From Thelocarpon superellum (taxonomy: Eukaryota), in NCBI GenBank assembly GCA_026025795.1, contig JAPEUG010000029.1:1-64000 (forward strand): a stretch of DNA of 64,000 bases. Reading direction: 5' to 3'. Both the position numbers and the translations under genes were made by a program. The notes beneath the pieces were generated by a model. That model was given only the letters and a program-made list of their open reading frames with translations. It did not search any database and was not told the origin of the DNA. Positions 11,607-23,351 of the stretch are shown in pieces; within the stretch, counting starts at the first letter, position 1; each line of letters opens with the position of its first letter.

Positions 11607-13482
11607 CTACTCTTCGGCTTCGAGAGGAGCCTCTTCTTCGCTGTGGCATGGGTCAGCGTAGATCATGCACGAGGACCGCGAGCACCTACTACTCCTCCTC
11701 GCCCTCCGAGACCGAGGCCTCCTGGTACTGCTGGTATTCCGACACGAGATCGTTCATGTTGCTCTCCGCCTCAGTGAACTCCATCTCGTCCATGCCCTCG
11801 CCCGTGTACCAATGTAAGAAAGCCTTACGTCGGAACATGGCCGTGAACTGGTCACCCACGCGCTTGAAGAGCTCCTGGATGGAGGTGGAGTTGCCGACAA
11901 AGGTCGACGACATCTTCAGCCCACGCGGCGGGATCGAGCACAGCGCCGTCTGCACGTTGTTGGGAATCCACTCGACAAAGTACGCCGTGTTCTTGTTCTG
12001 CACATTGCGCATCTGGTCTTCCACCTCCTTCATCGACACCTTGCCGCGGCTAAATACACGGGTCAGCCCGACCGGGGGCGGGAGGGGTGGCAGACTTACA
12101 AGATGGCAGAGCACGTCAGGTAGCGGCCGTTACGGAAGTCCGAGGCGGCCATCATGTTCTTGGGGTCGAACATCTGCTGCGTCAACTCCGGCACGGTGAC
12201 GGCACGGAAGGAGTGGGCGCCGCGGCTGGTGAGCGGGGCGAAGCCGACCATGAAGAAGTGCAGACGCGGGAAGGGCACCATGTTGACCGCCAGCTTGCGC
12301 AGATCCGAGTTGAGCTGTCCGGGGAAGCGGAGGCAGGTGGTAACGCCCGACATGACGGCCGACACCAAATGGTTCAGGTCCCCGTACGACGGGTTCGAGA
12401 GCTTGAGCGTGCGCATGCAGATGTCATAAAGCGCCTGATATAAGTCAGCGTGGTGCCGCGTAGCCATCATGGCCCGCCGCTGGCGCAACATACCTCGTTG
12501 TCGATACAGAACGTCTCGTCTGAGTTCTCCACGAGCTGATGCACCGACAGGGTGGCGTTGTAGGGCTCGACGACCGTGTCCGAGACCTTGGGGCTGGGCA
12601 CGACGGAAAAGGTGGCCATCATCCGATCCGGAAACTCCTCGCGGATCTTGGAGATGAGCAGGGTGCCCATCCCGGCGCCCGTGCCGCCACCGAGCGAGTG
12701 GGTGATCTGGAAGCCCTGGAGGCAGTCGCAGCCCTCGGCCTCGCGTCGGACGACATCCAGCACCTGGTCCACCAACTCGGCGCCCTCGGTGTAGTGGCCC
12801 TTGGCCCAATTGTTGCCGGCGCCCGACTGGCCGAAGACAAAGTTATCGGGACGGAAGAGCTGGCCGAAGGGTCCGGCACGGACCGCGTCCATAGTGCCGG
12901 GCTCGAGGTCGACGAGGACGGCGCGCGGGACATACTTATTGCCGGAACCCTGGGACACGTCAGATCGGGTGGGAAGGGTCGCCGTTCATGGGCGGCTCTC
13001 ACCTCGTTGAAGTAGACATTCAGGCGCTCGAGCTGCAGATCCGAGGTCCCGTTGTATCTGTGATGGATTAGTCGTGTATTTCGAATCTGTACCCTGTGAC
13101 GGTGACGCGTACACGCCGGAGCCATCGAGTCCATGCTCGCCAGAAATGGTCTGCCTGTGGGGGGAAACCAAGAGTCAACTTCGGTCGCGATATCGCGTGC
13201 GGGAAGCTGGCGGCGAGTGGCGGCCGACGTACCAAAAGGCCGCACCGATTTGATTACCCTGCGGGGAGATGAGCCGCCATCATGACCACGAGCTAGGAAG
13301 GAAGACTTACACATTGGCCGGTCTGGAGATGGACCTGCTCGTCGCCATCACCCTCGGTCAGCCGGTGTCCTTATCCGCAATCGATTGATGGTGGGGCAAT
13401 TTAGGGGGTTTCCCAAGCGAAAAACGCGTGAAACCCGCACCGCAAACAATGACTGCAGAGGGGGACGTACGATCTCACGCAT
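11607..13482 (-). CDS. TUB2: Beta-tubulin (benA/tub2 type), 9 exons
   Basis: [41 protein letters not shown] and [20 protein letters not shown]. Spliced C-terminus [16 protein letters not shown]. Eight introns. Confidence 0.98.
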
Positions 13483-13790
13483 CTTCTCGGTGATTGCAGG
13501 AGACTCGACGGATCGAAGGTGAGATGAGGGTATCGAAGACAGCGGGCGAGATGTGTGCAACGCTTGAAGACACGAGATCACGATGTCGATTCGAGAGACA
13601 GCGGTGAGTCGGGCGAAAAAGGATGCAGTCAGTGGGTGATGGGACGGGGGTTTCACTACGGAGGGGAGAGCTGCACTAAGGGCGACCGAGCGAACTACTG
13701 CAGGCGGGCCTCGGGAGCCAATCAGCGCGACGCATCATCGGGCCCGTCAACACAGAAGAAATTACGAGTGCTCGGGTAAATAGTGGGCGG

Positions 13791-13956
13791 TGGGATAGGC
13801 AGCAGACACGTCAGGTGGGATAACCTAACCTACTAGGTTACTCGTGCTGTAGGGCAGTCGTGCTGTAGGGCAGTGGGATAGGCAGCAGACACGTCAGGTG
13901 GGATAACCCAACCTACTAGGTTACTCGTGCTGTAGGGCAGTCGTGCTGTAGGGCAG
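13791..13956. repeat. 83-bp tandem duplication (2 copies, 1 mismatch); each copy contains two 16-bp TCGTGCTGTAGGGCAG units
   Basis: Copy 1 at 13791-13873 and copy 2 at 13874-13956. The difference is taacctaacc vs taacccaacc. Confidence 0.95.
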
Positions 13957-14589
13957 ATTCCTGGACGGTAGCTCTCGAAGAGCCACACGACGAATTACTG
14001 CCGCGGCGGGTTGTGATGGGCGTGGGTGGCGGCACTATCCTCCCACACGTGCAAAGCACCTTCGGTGTACGGTACTTCGTCCTCCATCTGGCACCAACGT
14101 GGAGTAGCCTGGCTAACCAACCTACCGCTTTACCGGTTCGAATACGACCGCTGCGGTTAGCACATACACCGGACATCTAAACCGCACTTGACCCAAGACT
14201 AGCCAGCGACAGTCCAAAGTTAACGCAAATTTGCAATGGATTGGTATCGGGACCTTGAGCGAGATGGGGAAACGGAATCTTGCCATGCCCATGCGTATGT
14301 GAGGAGCCTCGTCAGGTTCCGCATTGCTGCATTCCGTCCGAGTATCTTGATATGGATCCGGACGGGTCTCGGCAAGAGTCGGAATCCACTTGCGGCGACA
14401 GGAGACATGGCGCTTGGCGGGAAAAAGCTGTCGACTCAAGGAATCAAGACATCGCGAGCAACACCAAAAGGCATGCCACACTTGCCAATCGTGTCTGCTG
14501 GGAGACATGTAGATGCAAGGACAAGTGCGTAAATACATGCACACACTCGACATGCATCATCTCAATGCCAATATCCAGGGCTCAGCCGC

Positions 14590-15518
14590 TCAGTCACTAT
14601 CTTCACCGTTATCCAACGCCTCATCATCCGGGGGCTCAGGCTCGCGTGTCTCCAGCGTGTCATCCTCTACAACCTCCTCGCCATCGCCATCGGCAACCTC
14701 GTCATCGCTTGCAAGCTCATCGGCGCCGTCCGCGTCTGCATCCTCGTCGTCCGAGATGGTGTCATCGGCGGTCTGGTCAGGATCGTCGTCCGCGCCAGCT
14801 CCTGGTGGCACCCCGTTGGTGTCTCCAGCGCCATTCGTAGATATCCTCGCCTTCTTCGCCGCAGGAGGTGAGTCTCCGTCTGCCGCACCGCCCTCGCCAT
14901 TTCCATTGAGCGTTGCCCCCTCGCTCGATGCCGCCTCGGCTGCGGGTGCCTTGTCGGCGGCCAGCTTCTTGCGATAGTTATTGCGCTTGTCGGTCTGGAC
15001 CTCGTTGTATTCTATCATGTAGATCAGTCGAGCGCGTCACACGATCGCCGTGCGACATACTCGCCAGCTCGGCCTCTAACCGCGGTAAAAAGTCCCGAAA
15101 CTCCAGCGTTTCAATCGCCTCCAAGACGTCTTTGGGCATGACGGTCTTTTTATTCTGTCGCACCGTGTTGTCGTTGGCACTGGCACATGCATCAGCGGCC
15201 GGTAAGCGCAGGGAGACACGGCCGGCGCACTCACTGGGCGGTGATGAAATTGACAAAGACGGTGGCACTCTTCGACATGGCCAGCAGCGCGTCCTTGGAA
15301 ATCTGGGTGTTCGGGGGCAAGACGCCTTTGGCCAGGCGCTGGACCATGGTTCGTGGAAGATTCAGGTCCTGAGATGTGCGCGTCAGCGCTGGCCGTAGAG
15401 TGCACGTCTACCACCGGGTGAAGGATACCTCGACGTTGACGCCATCTCCTCGCTCCTTGACCGGCGTGGCTTCATCCCCAGTCGCCGCCTTGGAGGCATC
15501 ACTCTTCCTGGGCGGCAT
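14590..15518 (-). CDS. DPB4: DNA polymerase epsilon / CHRAC histone-fold subunit, 4 exons
   Basis: MPPRKS... start; histone fold DLNLPRTMVQRLAKGVLPPNTQISKDALLAMSKSATVFVNFIT...KKTVMPKDVLEAIETLEF; long acidic C-terminal tail. Confidence 0.88.
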
Positions 15519-15937
15519 GATGCGCACAGCCGTCAAGTTCCGTGCACTGAGGAGTGGAAGACCACGAGTTGTGGACGAGAGAAGGTGGTGATGCTCAGTC
15601 TGGCCGGGTTGGTGGATGAGAAGAGTGGGCAGTCAATTCGACCATGATGCAACGGGAAGCCGCGAGGTTGAGATGCTGGCCGTCTAATTCGCTTTGTCCG
15701 TGATACTTTCCGTGGGACGACGCGCCCAAGCGTGGGGCACGCGACGCCCTAAACAGCCCGAGCTTCGGTACGAGGACCCATCCCGACCGCGCAGTCCGAG
15801 TACTCGTCCGGGTACTCGTGCTGCACCAGTCCCGACAAGCACTCCATCCCGCCATGGCCGTGAGGATCACATACTCGTGTCTGGACCGACTGCACAGTTC
15901 ATGCCAATGTTGAGCTAGGTGTACGTGATGCTCGGCC

Positions 15938-18396
15938 ATGGCTTTGCAAGACTCCAGGCCCACCGCCTTGGCACGCAACGCGACTGCGGATGCAGCTGCG
16001 AGCATGGTCGCGCACGACGGCCATGTCCAGGACTGGTGGGAGAACGCGGTCTTGGACTTGGACTTCCCCGAGCCTGCCCATCCCGCCAAGCGGAGGAAGA
16101 TCGATGCATGTGGGACGGTACGCTTCTCGATGAAGCCTCCGGTGCTGTCACGCGTCGACGCCATCACCGTCCTCCCTGCTCCCACCAGCCTGGCCTCGCC
16201 CGCGATGTGCATCGAGTCCCATCAGCCGGCCCCCAGTCCACCTGGTGAGGCGCCGGATGCGTCGGCGGTGCTCGAAATGGTTCGTTCGCAGTACCTGGAC
16301 GCCCTGTATCTATCCAAAGTATGCATCCTCCCCCCGATGCGGCGACGATGGCCCATGTCTTACTTCTGTCTCCGCAGACCTCGTTGGCATACTTTGCCAA
16401 AGGCCCGCTGTCCAGAGCTCGCGCGAGCTTCCAGACGCACGACGACCCCTCGCGCACGCCGGATCAACTGGCACTGTATCTTCGAGACTCCCTTCTGACC
16501 TTTGCCGTCATGGACAAGAAGTATCGGGACACCCTCCCCAACATGGTCCAAGCCCTGCCGCTTCCAGATCACTCGGACGATGACAATGACGACGCGGACC
16601 TACCTTCCCAATCCAAGCCGACCAAGAAGCGAAAGAGCAGGAAGGCCAAGCCCGGGAAGAATGGGCTGTATGCGCAAGAGGAAGACTACGTTCACCGATG
16701 GTGGGCGGGAGGACCAATTCCACGCGAATCCCTGGCATCGGTCAACCTCGCGAACGAAGAGATCAAGAAGGCAATCGCCGAGCTGCGAACGCGCGAAACC
16801 GAACTTCAGCTCATCCTGGTCTTGGAAGCGCTGGCCCTGCAGTCCCACGAGAACACGTTGTCGCCGACCGAGACCGGCGAGCCCGGCGGCCAGGGACGCG
16901 AAGACAAGCGTGACCGGTCCACGAAATCCCCCGACCTGGAATTGATGGTCGAATTGCTCATCGACCGACTGTGCATCTGGCAGTCAGTGAGCAATGAGGG
17001 TCATGGCGTGTCCCAATCCTCCACGCAGCATCGCACCCATGCAAAGGAGTTGGGGAGCGATCGACTACGAGACTTCAGCACTGATGTCTTTATGCCATTG
17101 TAAGTGCCCCCGCGTACGTCGGTCATGGTAGCGCGACTAATCCGGTCAACTAGCTACGCCGCGCGTCTTCCCAAGCACTGCGCGGCCATCAAGCGGAAGC
17201 TGAGAGGCTTCGGCGATCCGTCTCCGAAGAGGCCTGGCCGACCCTCGCTCCCGAAGAGTGCCAGTACTTCCAAGGTGCCCACGGCCTCGCGAGACGACGG
17301 CAAGGGTGCCTTGGCAAAGAAGGGGCGGAGAACGTTGGAACGTGTCCTGACCGACGAGAAACGGGCGCGGTCAACCTCTCAGCGGCGATCCGTCCCGCCG
17401 GCGTTGGCACGGTCGGTGACCGACCCCACCGTCCCGGGGCTCAAGCGCGAGACGAGCGAGGCGCCGCTCTCCGCCATCCCGGCCATGCTCGTCAGCCGCA
17501 GCGGGGTCCTGAACTCCAAACGCTTCAGCCAGCGGGAGGTCGACCTAGGCGGTAGCGCCACCGTGGCGGAAGGCCCGTCGAAGAAGTTGATGAGCCTAGA
17601 CGAGGAGCTTAAGAGCGCCATCACAGCCTTGAAGAAACCTAATCGCGGTTTGGCCGTCAAAGAGTTCGTCGAGAGCTCGGAGCGCCGAACGCAGGGAACG
17701 GGGCTGTTTGGCAAGGGGAGCCGTGGTACGAAACAAGCGGCAAGGATAGGAAACACGCGGGCCGTACAGGTCCAGGCAACGCCCAAGGGCAACCGGCGGC
17801 AAGACGCGTTTTTCGGCCACGGTATGCAAATGAGTCAGTCGCATGGATACGAGGAAGTCTCCCTCCCGCCGCTCATGGGCGAGCCACGTATCCCTTTCTC
17901 CTCTGGACGTCCACGAACACAACATCACCTCTCGACGGAGCAGGTGCCCAATTCCTCGCCCATCGCGCAGCGGAAGGCGGCAGCACCATCCACTTCGCTC
18001 GTCGGCGCGACCCCCGTACGCACCTCATCCCTCTCTCGCTCGACGATGACGTCGAATGCCTCGCAGATGCCTCCGCCGCTCCCCATCCCCTTTACACGCG
18101 CCTCGTCGAGCGCTTCTCTACCCAAAGAGGCTCTCATGAGCGCCACGCCCATGCATGACCTCCCTCACTTGAGAACGCCCACGCGGCAATCCCATCACGA
18201 CGCGGAGCCAACAGCAAAGCCTGCACGACTGACCCATGTCCCGTTTTCTTCATCACCGCCAGTGGTGGCCGCAAGTTCAGCAGGGGCAACGGAGCTGGGA
18301 GTTGGAGGCATCGGAGGAGACGGCAGAAGCGACGCAGCATTCGAACCGCCACGATCAATTTACGACCAACTAGGTTGGGACGACGACTTAGACTGA
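15938..18396 (+). CDS. SLD3: DNA replication initiation factor Sld3, at least 3 exons (start codon uncertain)
   Basis: QYLDALYLSK|TSLAYFAKGPLSRARA, LRTRETELQLILVLEALAL, LIDRLCIWQSV and VFMPF-YAARLP. The S/T-P-rich C-terminus resembles a CDK target region. Confidence 0.85.
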
Positions 18397-18826
18397 TGTC
18401 CAGCGTCCACCGACCAAACCACAGGGGCGTAGAGTGGACGGCAGATGCAGTTGACAAGAAAGGATCAAGTGGTACAAAGAGCAGTTGGGCAGGCAGGCAG
18501 TCAAGGGAGGGAAGGTGTCTCCATGTGAACAGCGCTGTTGTCATCACCCAGCTCTGGATTGAGCACACGAAAATGGTGAAGAGGGCGGGGGATAGGCCGA
18601 TTCGTTCGGCCTATGAAGGTTGGGCGAGCCGCCCGTATGGCGGCTAGAGTTGCCCGAACCACCCTGCCAACAACGGCTCCTTTACTGTACACGTACAGAG
18701 GGCTGGATGATGTGTGGTACAATGTACTCCGTGCAGCAAGGACCACCATACTAGCTGTACAAAGACGGTTGGTTGGGACGGAAGCCATTGAGGGGAACAG
18801 GAATGATTCCGCTTCCTTGCTTGGTC

Positions 18827-20426
18827 TCATTCGGCCTCCTTCTCCTGCTCCTGCGACTCCAACCACGTGCCGAACTGATCCAAACGTTTGCGTTCCTCTT
18901 CTGTGCCTCCGGCCCCTCCGGCCGCTCCCGCTGCATGAGCTGCTTCTCGCTCTCCTCCCTCCCCTCCATCGTCGTCGCCAAACTCCGCCTTGCGCGTTGA
19001 CGTCTTCTTGAATTTCTCGGCCCCCGTCGCGACGAATGCTTCCACTTGACTCCCTGCAAATAGCCGCCCGTTCATCACCTGTGTTCAGGCAGCCATGTAA
19101 GCTTGAGTTTGAATGTTACAAGGTAGTCAGAGGGAGCTCTCACCCGCACGCAGGCCTTCGCGGCGTCTTCGGTCCCAAATCGCACGCTGGCGACGCCCGC
19201 GGGCTCTAGGTCGAACAACACCACGTTTGTCACGTCGCCGAGTTTGGCACATTCCCCGCGGATATCTTCCTTGATGTCCAGGATCGCGGCCGGGTCCTCC
19301 TACATCGCTTGGTCAGCGTTGGTTCTGACCACCGTGCCAGTCCAGCATGCCACCCTGGTGACGTGACCACGCACCTCCAGCTCCTCCAATGTAAACATAT
19401 GCTTCAGAATGACCACCTTGTCCCATCTGGAGCTCGTCTCGAGCAAGGCGGACGGATCATCGTCGTCCCAGTCAGCCAGTAGGCTGTCCCCGTCAGCAAG
19501 CTCAACCCCTTCCTATGAAGAACAAACCCACTTATTCAGTTTCTGCGTCTTCTTCATGATCTTCTTCTTGTCCTTCATGTTGGACTTGGCCGGCGCCTCC
19601 TGCTGGTTCTTGTAGGAGAAATCGGCCGGCTGAACCTTCATCTTGCCGGATGGGCCGGCCTCTCCGAAGCGGAAGTCCGTGTCATCCAACATCTGCACCG
19701 CGAGCTCGACGGATTCCGGCCGGAAGTAGACGATCAGCGCGTCTCCCTTCAGCTGCCCCTGTTCGTCGCCGTAGAGCTTGATGCGTCGATTGCGCCCATC
19801 AATCTCCTCGGCGATGACACCACATTTCGAGAAGACCGACTGTACCTCCTCGAGGTTGGTGTCGAGTGGGAGGTTGGTGACGTAGATGGCCGTGTTCTTC
19901 CGCGGGCCAGACTCCTTCGTAGCCTTGGCCTTCTTGCTCTGACTTCGGCCATTCTCCTGCAATCGCTCCATGATCAGTGCCCGATGGAGAGGGATGGGGA
20001 CCCCTGCGGAGACTCACGTCTTCGCCATTCGTGTAGACGTTCTTACGCTTTCGCTGCGGCTGCGCCGGCTCGTTCTCGTCCACCCCGGCCATCGCGTAAG
20101 CCTCGCGCTGCTGCTCTAGTAACGCTTCGTCCATCTGCAGTGCTTCTTAATCAGCTAGGTCTCATTAGAACCAGCGATCCACACGGGTACAGCCCTGTAC
20201 GTCGCGTACGAGTTGGAAGGCATGATGCGGCGGAGCTTACCGTGGGCACCCATCGCTTCAACGCCTCGTCGTACTCAAACTCCGATCCATCTTCGGCTTC
20301 GAGGATCCATTTCTGGTCGAGCTTGGAGAAGGACACGCGTTCGTCTGCCTCGAACTCGTCGGTCGTGTGGGGAAAGGTAGAGAGGAGCCCCGGAGCTTCC
20401 GGTGCATCTACGGCCGGGTCCATCAT
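18827..20426 (-). CDS. CUS2: U2 snRNP-associated splicing factor (Tat-SF1/Cus2/Uap2), RRM + UHM domains, 6 exons
   Basis: DERVSFSKLD, NTAIYVTNLP, FSKCGVIAEE, KGDALIVYFRPESVELA, KHMFTLEEL and DIKEDIRGECAKLG. Confidence 0.88.
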
Positions 20427-21501
20427 CGCGGGGGCATTGAGGGACGGGAGGCCTCCCGAAGCATGTAAACAAATCCGAGGATCCAATCACCTAGCGGAGT
20501 GTTGGTGGGATCCCCTACGATGGAATATTCCTACCACACATCGAGAATCGAGAGGCTCCCTCAGTCATGCTATTTCTAGGCGATCGATCTAAGACTAAAG
20601 AGGTCCTATCCATTAACTTGTGTCGGGCGACCACGCTTCTCTTAACAAGCTGCTTGGACACCCGATGGGACTCAATAGGCGCTAGCTAACTACCATTTGG
20701 CTGCCACTTGCTTGAACAACGGTGTTTGCTGAATGTCGGACGTCAAGATGAATGGGAAACCCCTGCGTGGCTCTGCAATGATGTACGGATGATCAGGACG
20801 ATGGTGCCTGGCAGCTTTCTGGAATAACGTAGCAATCTGGCTGCAAGCTAGACTGCGCTTTACTCGTACGGTCTGGCACTTGCAGCTAGGTAGAGCGCGA
20901 CACCCCAGGACTACGGTCGCGAAGGCGACCAGATAAAAGATTCACGACCTCCCGACTGAATCCCTTCCCTTTCCAGTCCCAGTTCCCTTATCGAACTGGA
21001 CCATCACCCCTTCCCTGGCCATGACAGAGTGTTTTGGAGTTCCACGTCGCCAACTCCTACGGGCACCCTACGGCCTCCAGGTTTACGCGAGACGGCTCCA
21101 TTCTTCGTCGCCATCGCGAATAACGAAGCGAGGGGCACGCACAAATCCAAGAGAATCATTCAAATGAGCGCTAAGTACACGGTCGCAGATACACAATGCC
21201 AGGGTATGCAACATCTGCTCCACAATACACGCGATTCATAGCTTCTTCTCTCTGGCTGATGGTCCTGTAGACATCGTGTGCGAATGCTACCGGTTCAGCC
21301 TGTCCGTCCTGTTCCTTCTTCATACAGAGCGCCGTGTCAGATGATGGGGGAAAAAGACAAAGGAACCAAAGAAAGGACAGATGGTGGTGAAGGTGGGGGT
21401 GACCGAGAGAATTAGGATCGCCTCGAGGTAATGTCGGTACAACGAAACAAGAGAACCCATTCATTACGAGATCCAAAGGCCGCTCGCCACGCCCGTCATA
21501 T

Positions 21502-23351
21502 CTACGGATGCTCGATGGAATCCATTCGCGGGCTGAAGGACTTGCCCTCATGCAGGCCGGGGCCGTGCTCGCCCGAGAACTTCGACGTCACGTCGTCGCC
21601 ATCCGAGATGACCTCACGCGTGAGCTCAACAAAGTCATACTGCAGCACGTCAGGCGGCGGAACAAGATCCAAGGGCGCCATCGAGGGCCGGGGAAGGAAC
21701 ATACCGCGAACTCGCCAATCTCCGCATCATCGATACCCAAAATCTCCGACTCTTCCGACGCCCGAAGACTGAGGCCGGGGATCAGGTTCATGATGAAGAG
21801 GATGATGCAGGTGCCGCCAAACGAGTACAGGAATCCAGTGACGGAGTCGCCGAACTGGATCGCCAGCTGGATCCAATGGCGGTTGAGCCAGCCGCCGGGG
21901 ATGACGGTGTAGCCGTCGAGATGCGCGATGTAATCACTACCGCCTGGTGAGCACAGCCCCCATCCACCACGGGCACCGAGGAGAGGAAACTTACGCCGCA
22001 AAGAAGCCCGTGCAGAGGTTACCAACCAAGCCGCCGATGCAGTGCACCGCGAAGATGTCAAGCGTGTCGTCGATCTTCATCAGGTACTTGAGCTTGGTGG
22101 CATAGTTGCAAGCGACACCAGCTGCCACGCCGTACACCACCGCCGACCACGCCGGCACGTAACCCGATCCGGGCGTGATGGCGACAAGCCCAGCGATGAC
22201 ACCAGAGCAGAAGCCCACGGTGGACCACTTCCCCTCGAGACGGTAGTCCAGCACGCACCAGCTGATCCCGCCGACCGACGCCGCGAGGTTGGTCACCACG
22301 GCCGCCATGACAGCGCGCATGTTGGCGCTGAGCGCCGAACCGGCGTTGAAACCAAACCATCCCACCCAGAGGAAGACGGTACCAATGACGACGTGCGCAA
22401 CGTTGTGGGGGCGATAGTTAAGCTCGTGCGTGCCGTGTCCGCGACGCTTGCCCAGCATGAGCGAGTACGCCAGTGCCGCCGATCCCGACGTGATATGCAC
22501 CGGCGTGCCTCCGGCGAAGTCGAGACCGCCGAGTCGATTGACCCAGCCGTGGGGATTCCAGGTCCAGCACGCAATGGCATCATAGATCACCGTCGACCAG
22601 ACGAACATGAAGACGACACACGGCAACATTCGACCACGCTCCGCGACCGCACCGACCGCCAAGGCGACCCTGTTCCCCAGAACCTATTAGCCACGAGGCC
22701 CGACGACTCCAGCGACGGGAGAGAGCATACGTGATGGCGGCGAACATGCCTTGGTACACGGCGAAGAGTAGATCCGGGATGCGGACACTGCCCACCGACG
22801 GCTGCGCGAGCGTGTTGAGGAAACCAAAATTCTGGAGATCGCCAATGAAGCGGCCAGCCGTGTGCGAGAAGGTCAGGGAATAACCCCAGAAGAACCATTG
22901 GAACGACGTCACCGCCGTGGCCATGATGGACAGCCAGATCAGCGAGAGCGCCGACTTCCTACGCGCCAATCCTGAATAGAAGAAGCTGCGCCTTGTCAGA
23001 CACGCGTCCGCACGACGAAGAGAGCTGGTGATGGCCATACCCAACACCTGGAATCATGAGCAAGACCAACGCCGTGGACGTGATCATCCACGCGATATCG
23101 CCCGACTGCAAGAGGTCAATCGACATTCACTGCCGTCAACGCGCGCGCACGCGTCTGGGAAGACGCACCTCATAGTAGACATTGAGATTGCCGTTGAGCG
23201 AGTCGCCTCCTGTTGGTTCGGTGGAGTTGTACGGCACCAAGATGGTATAATTCAAAGCATTGAGGATTTCTTCCACGGTGAGTCCGCTCGGAAGTGAGGG
23301 CGCGACGGAAGAAGCTGACGTAGCAGTCGCGGAGCTACTGGAGGACGACAT
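21502..23351 (-). CDS. Ammonium transporter (Amt/Mep family), 6 exons
   Basis: FFYSGLARRKSAL, YQGMFAAIT, GAVAERGR, DFAGGTPVHITSG, LWVGWFGFNAGS, GLVAITPGSG, DDTLDIFAVHCIGG and GIDDAEIGEFA|YDFVEL. Confidence 0.95.

Noticed and set aside
13791..13956. CRISPR-like interpretation of the nested repeats
   Set aside because: Eukaryotic context, no unique spacers and no cas genes.
14130..14150. GGTTCGAAT B-box/T-loop-like motif (a similar one is on the minus strand near 56120-56135)
   Set aside because: No flanking T-stem or cloverleaf can be folded, so it is not a tRNA.
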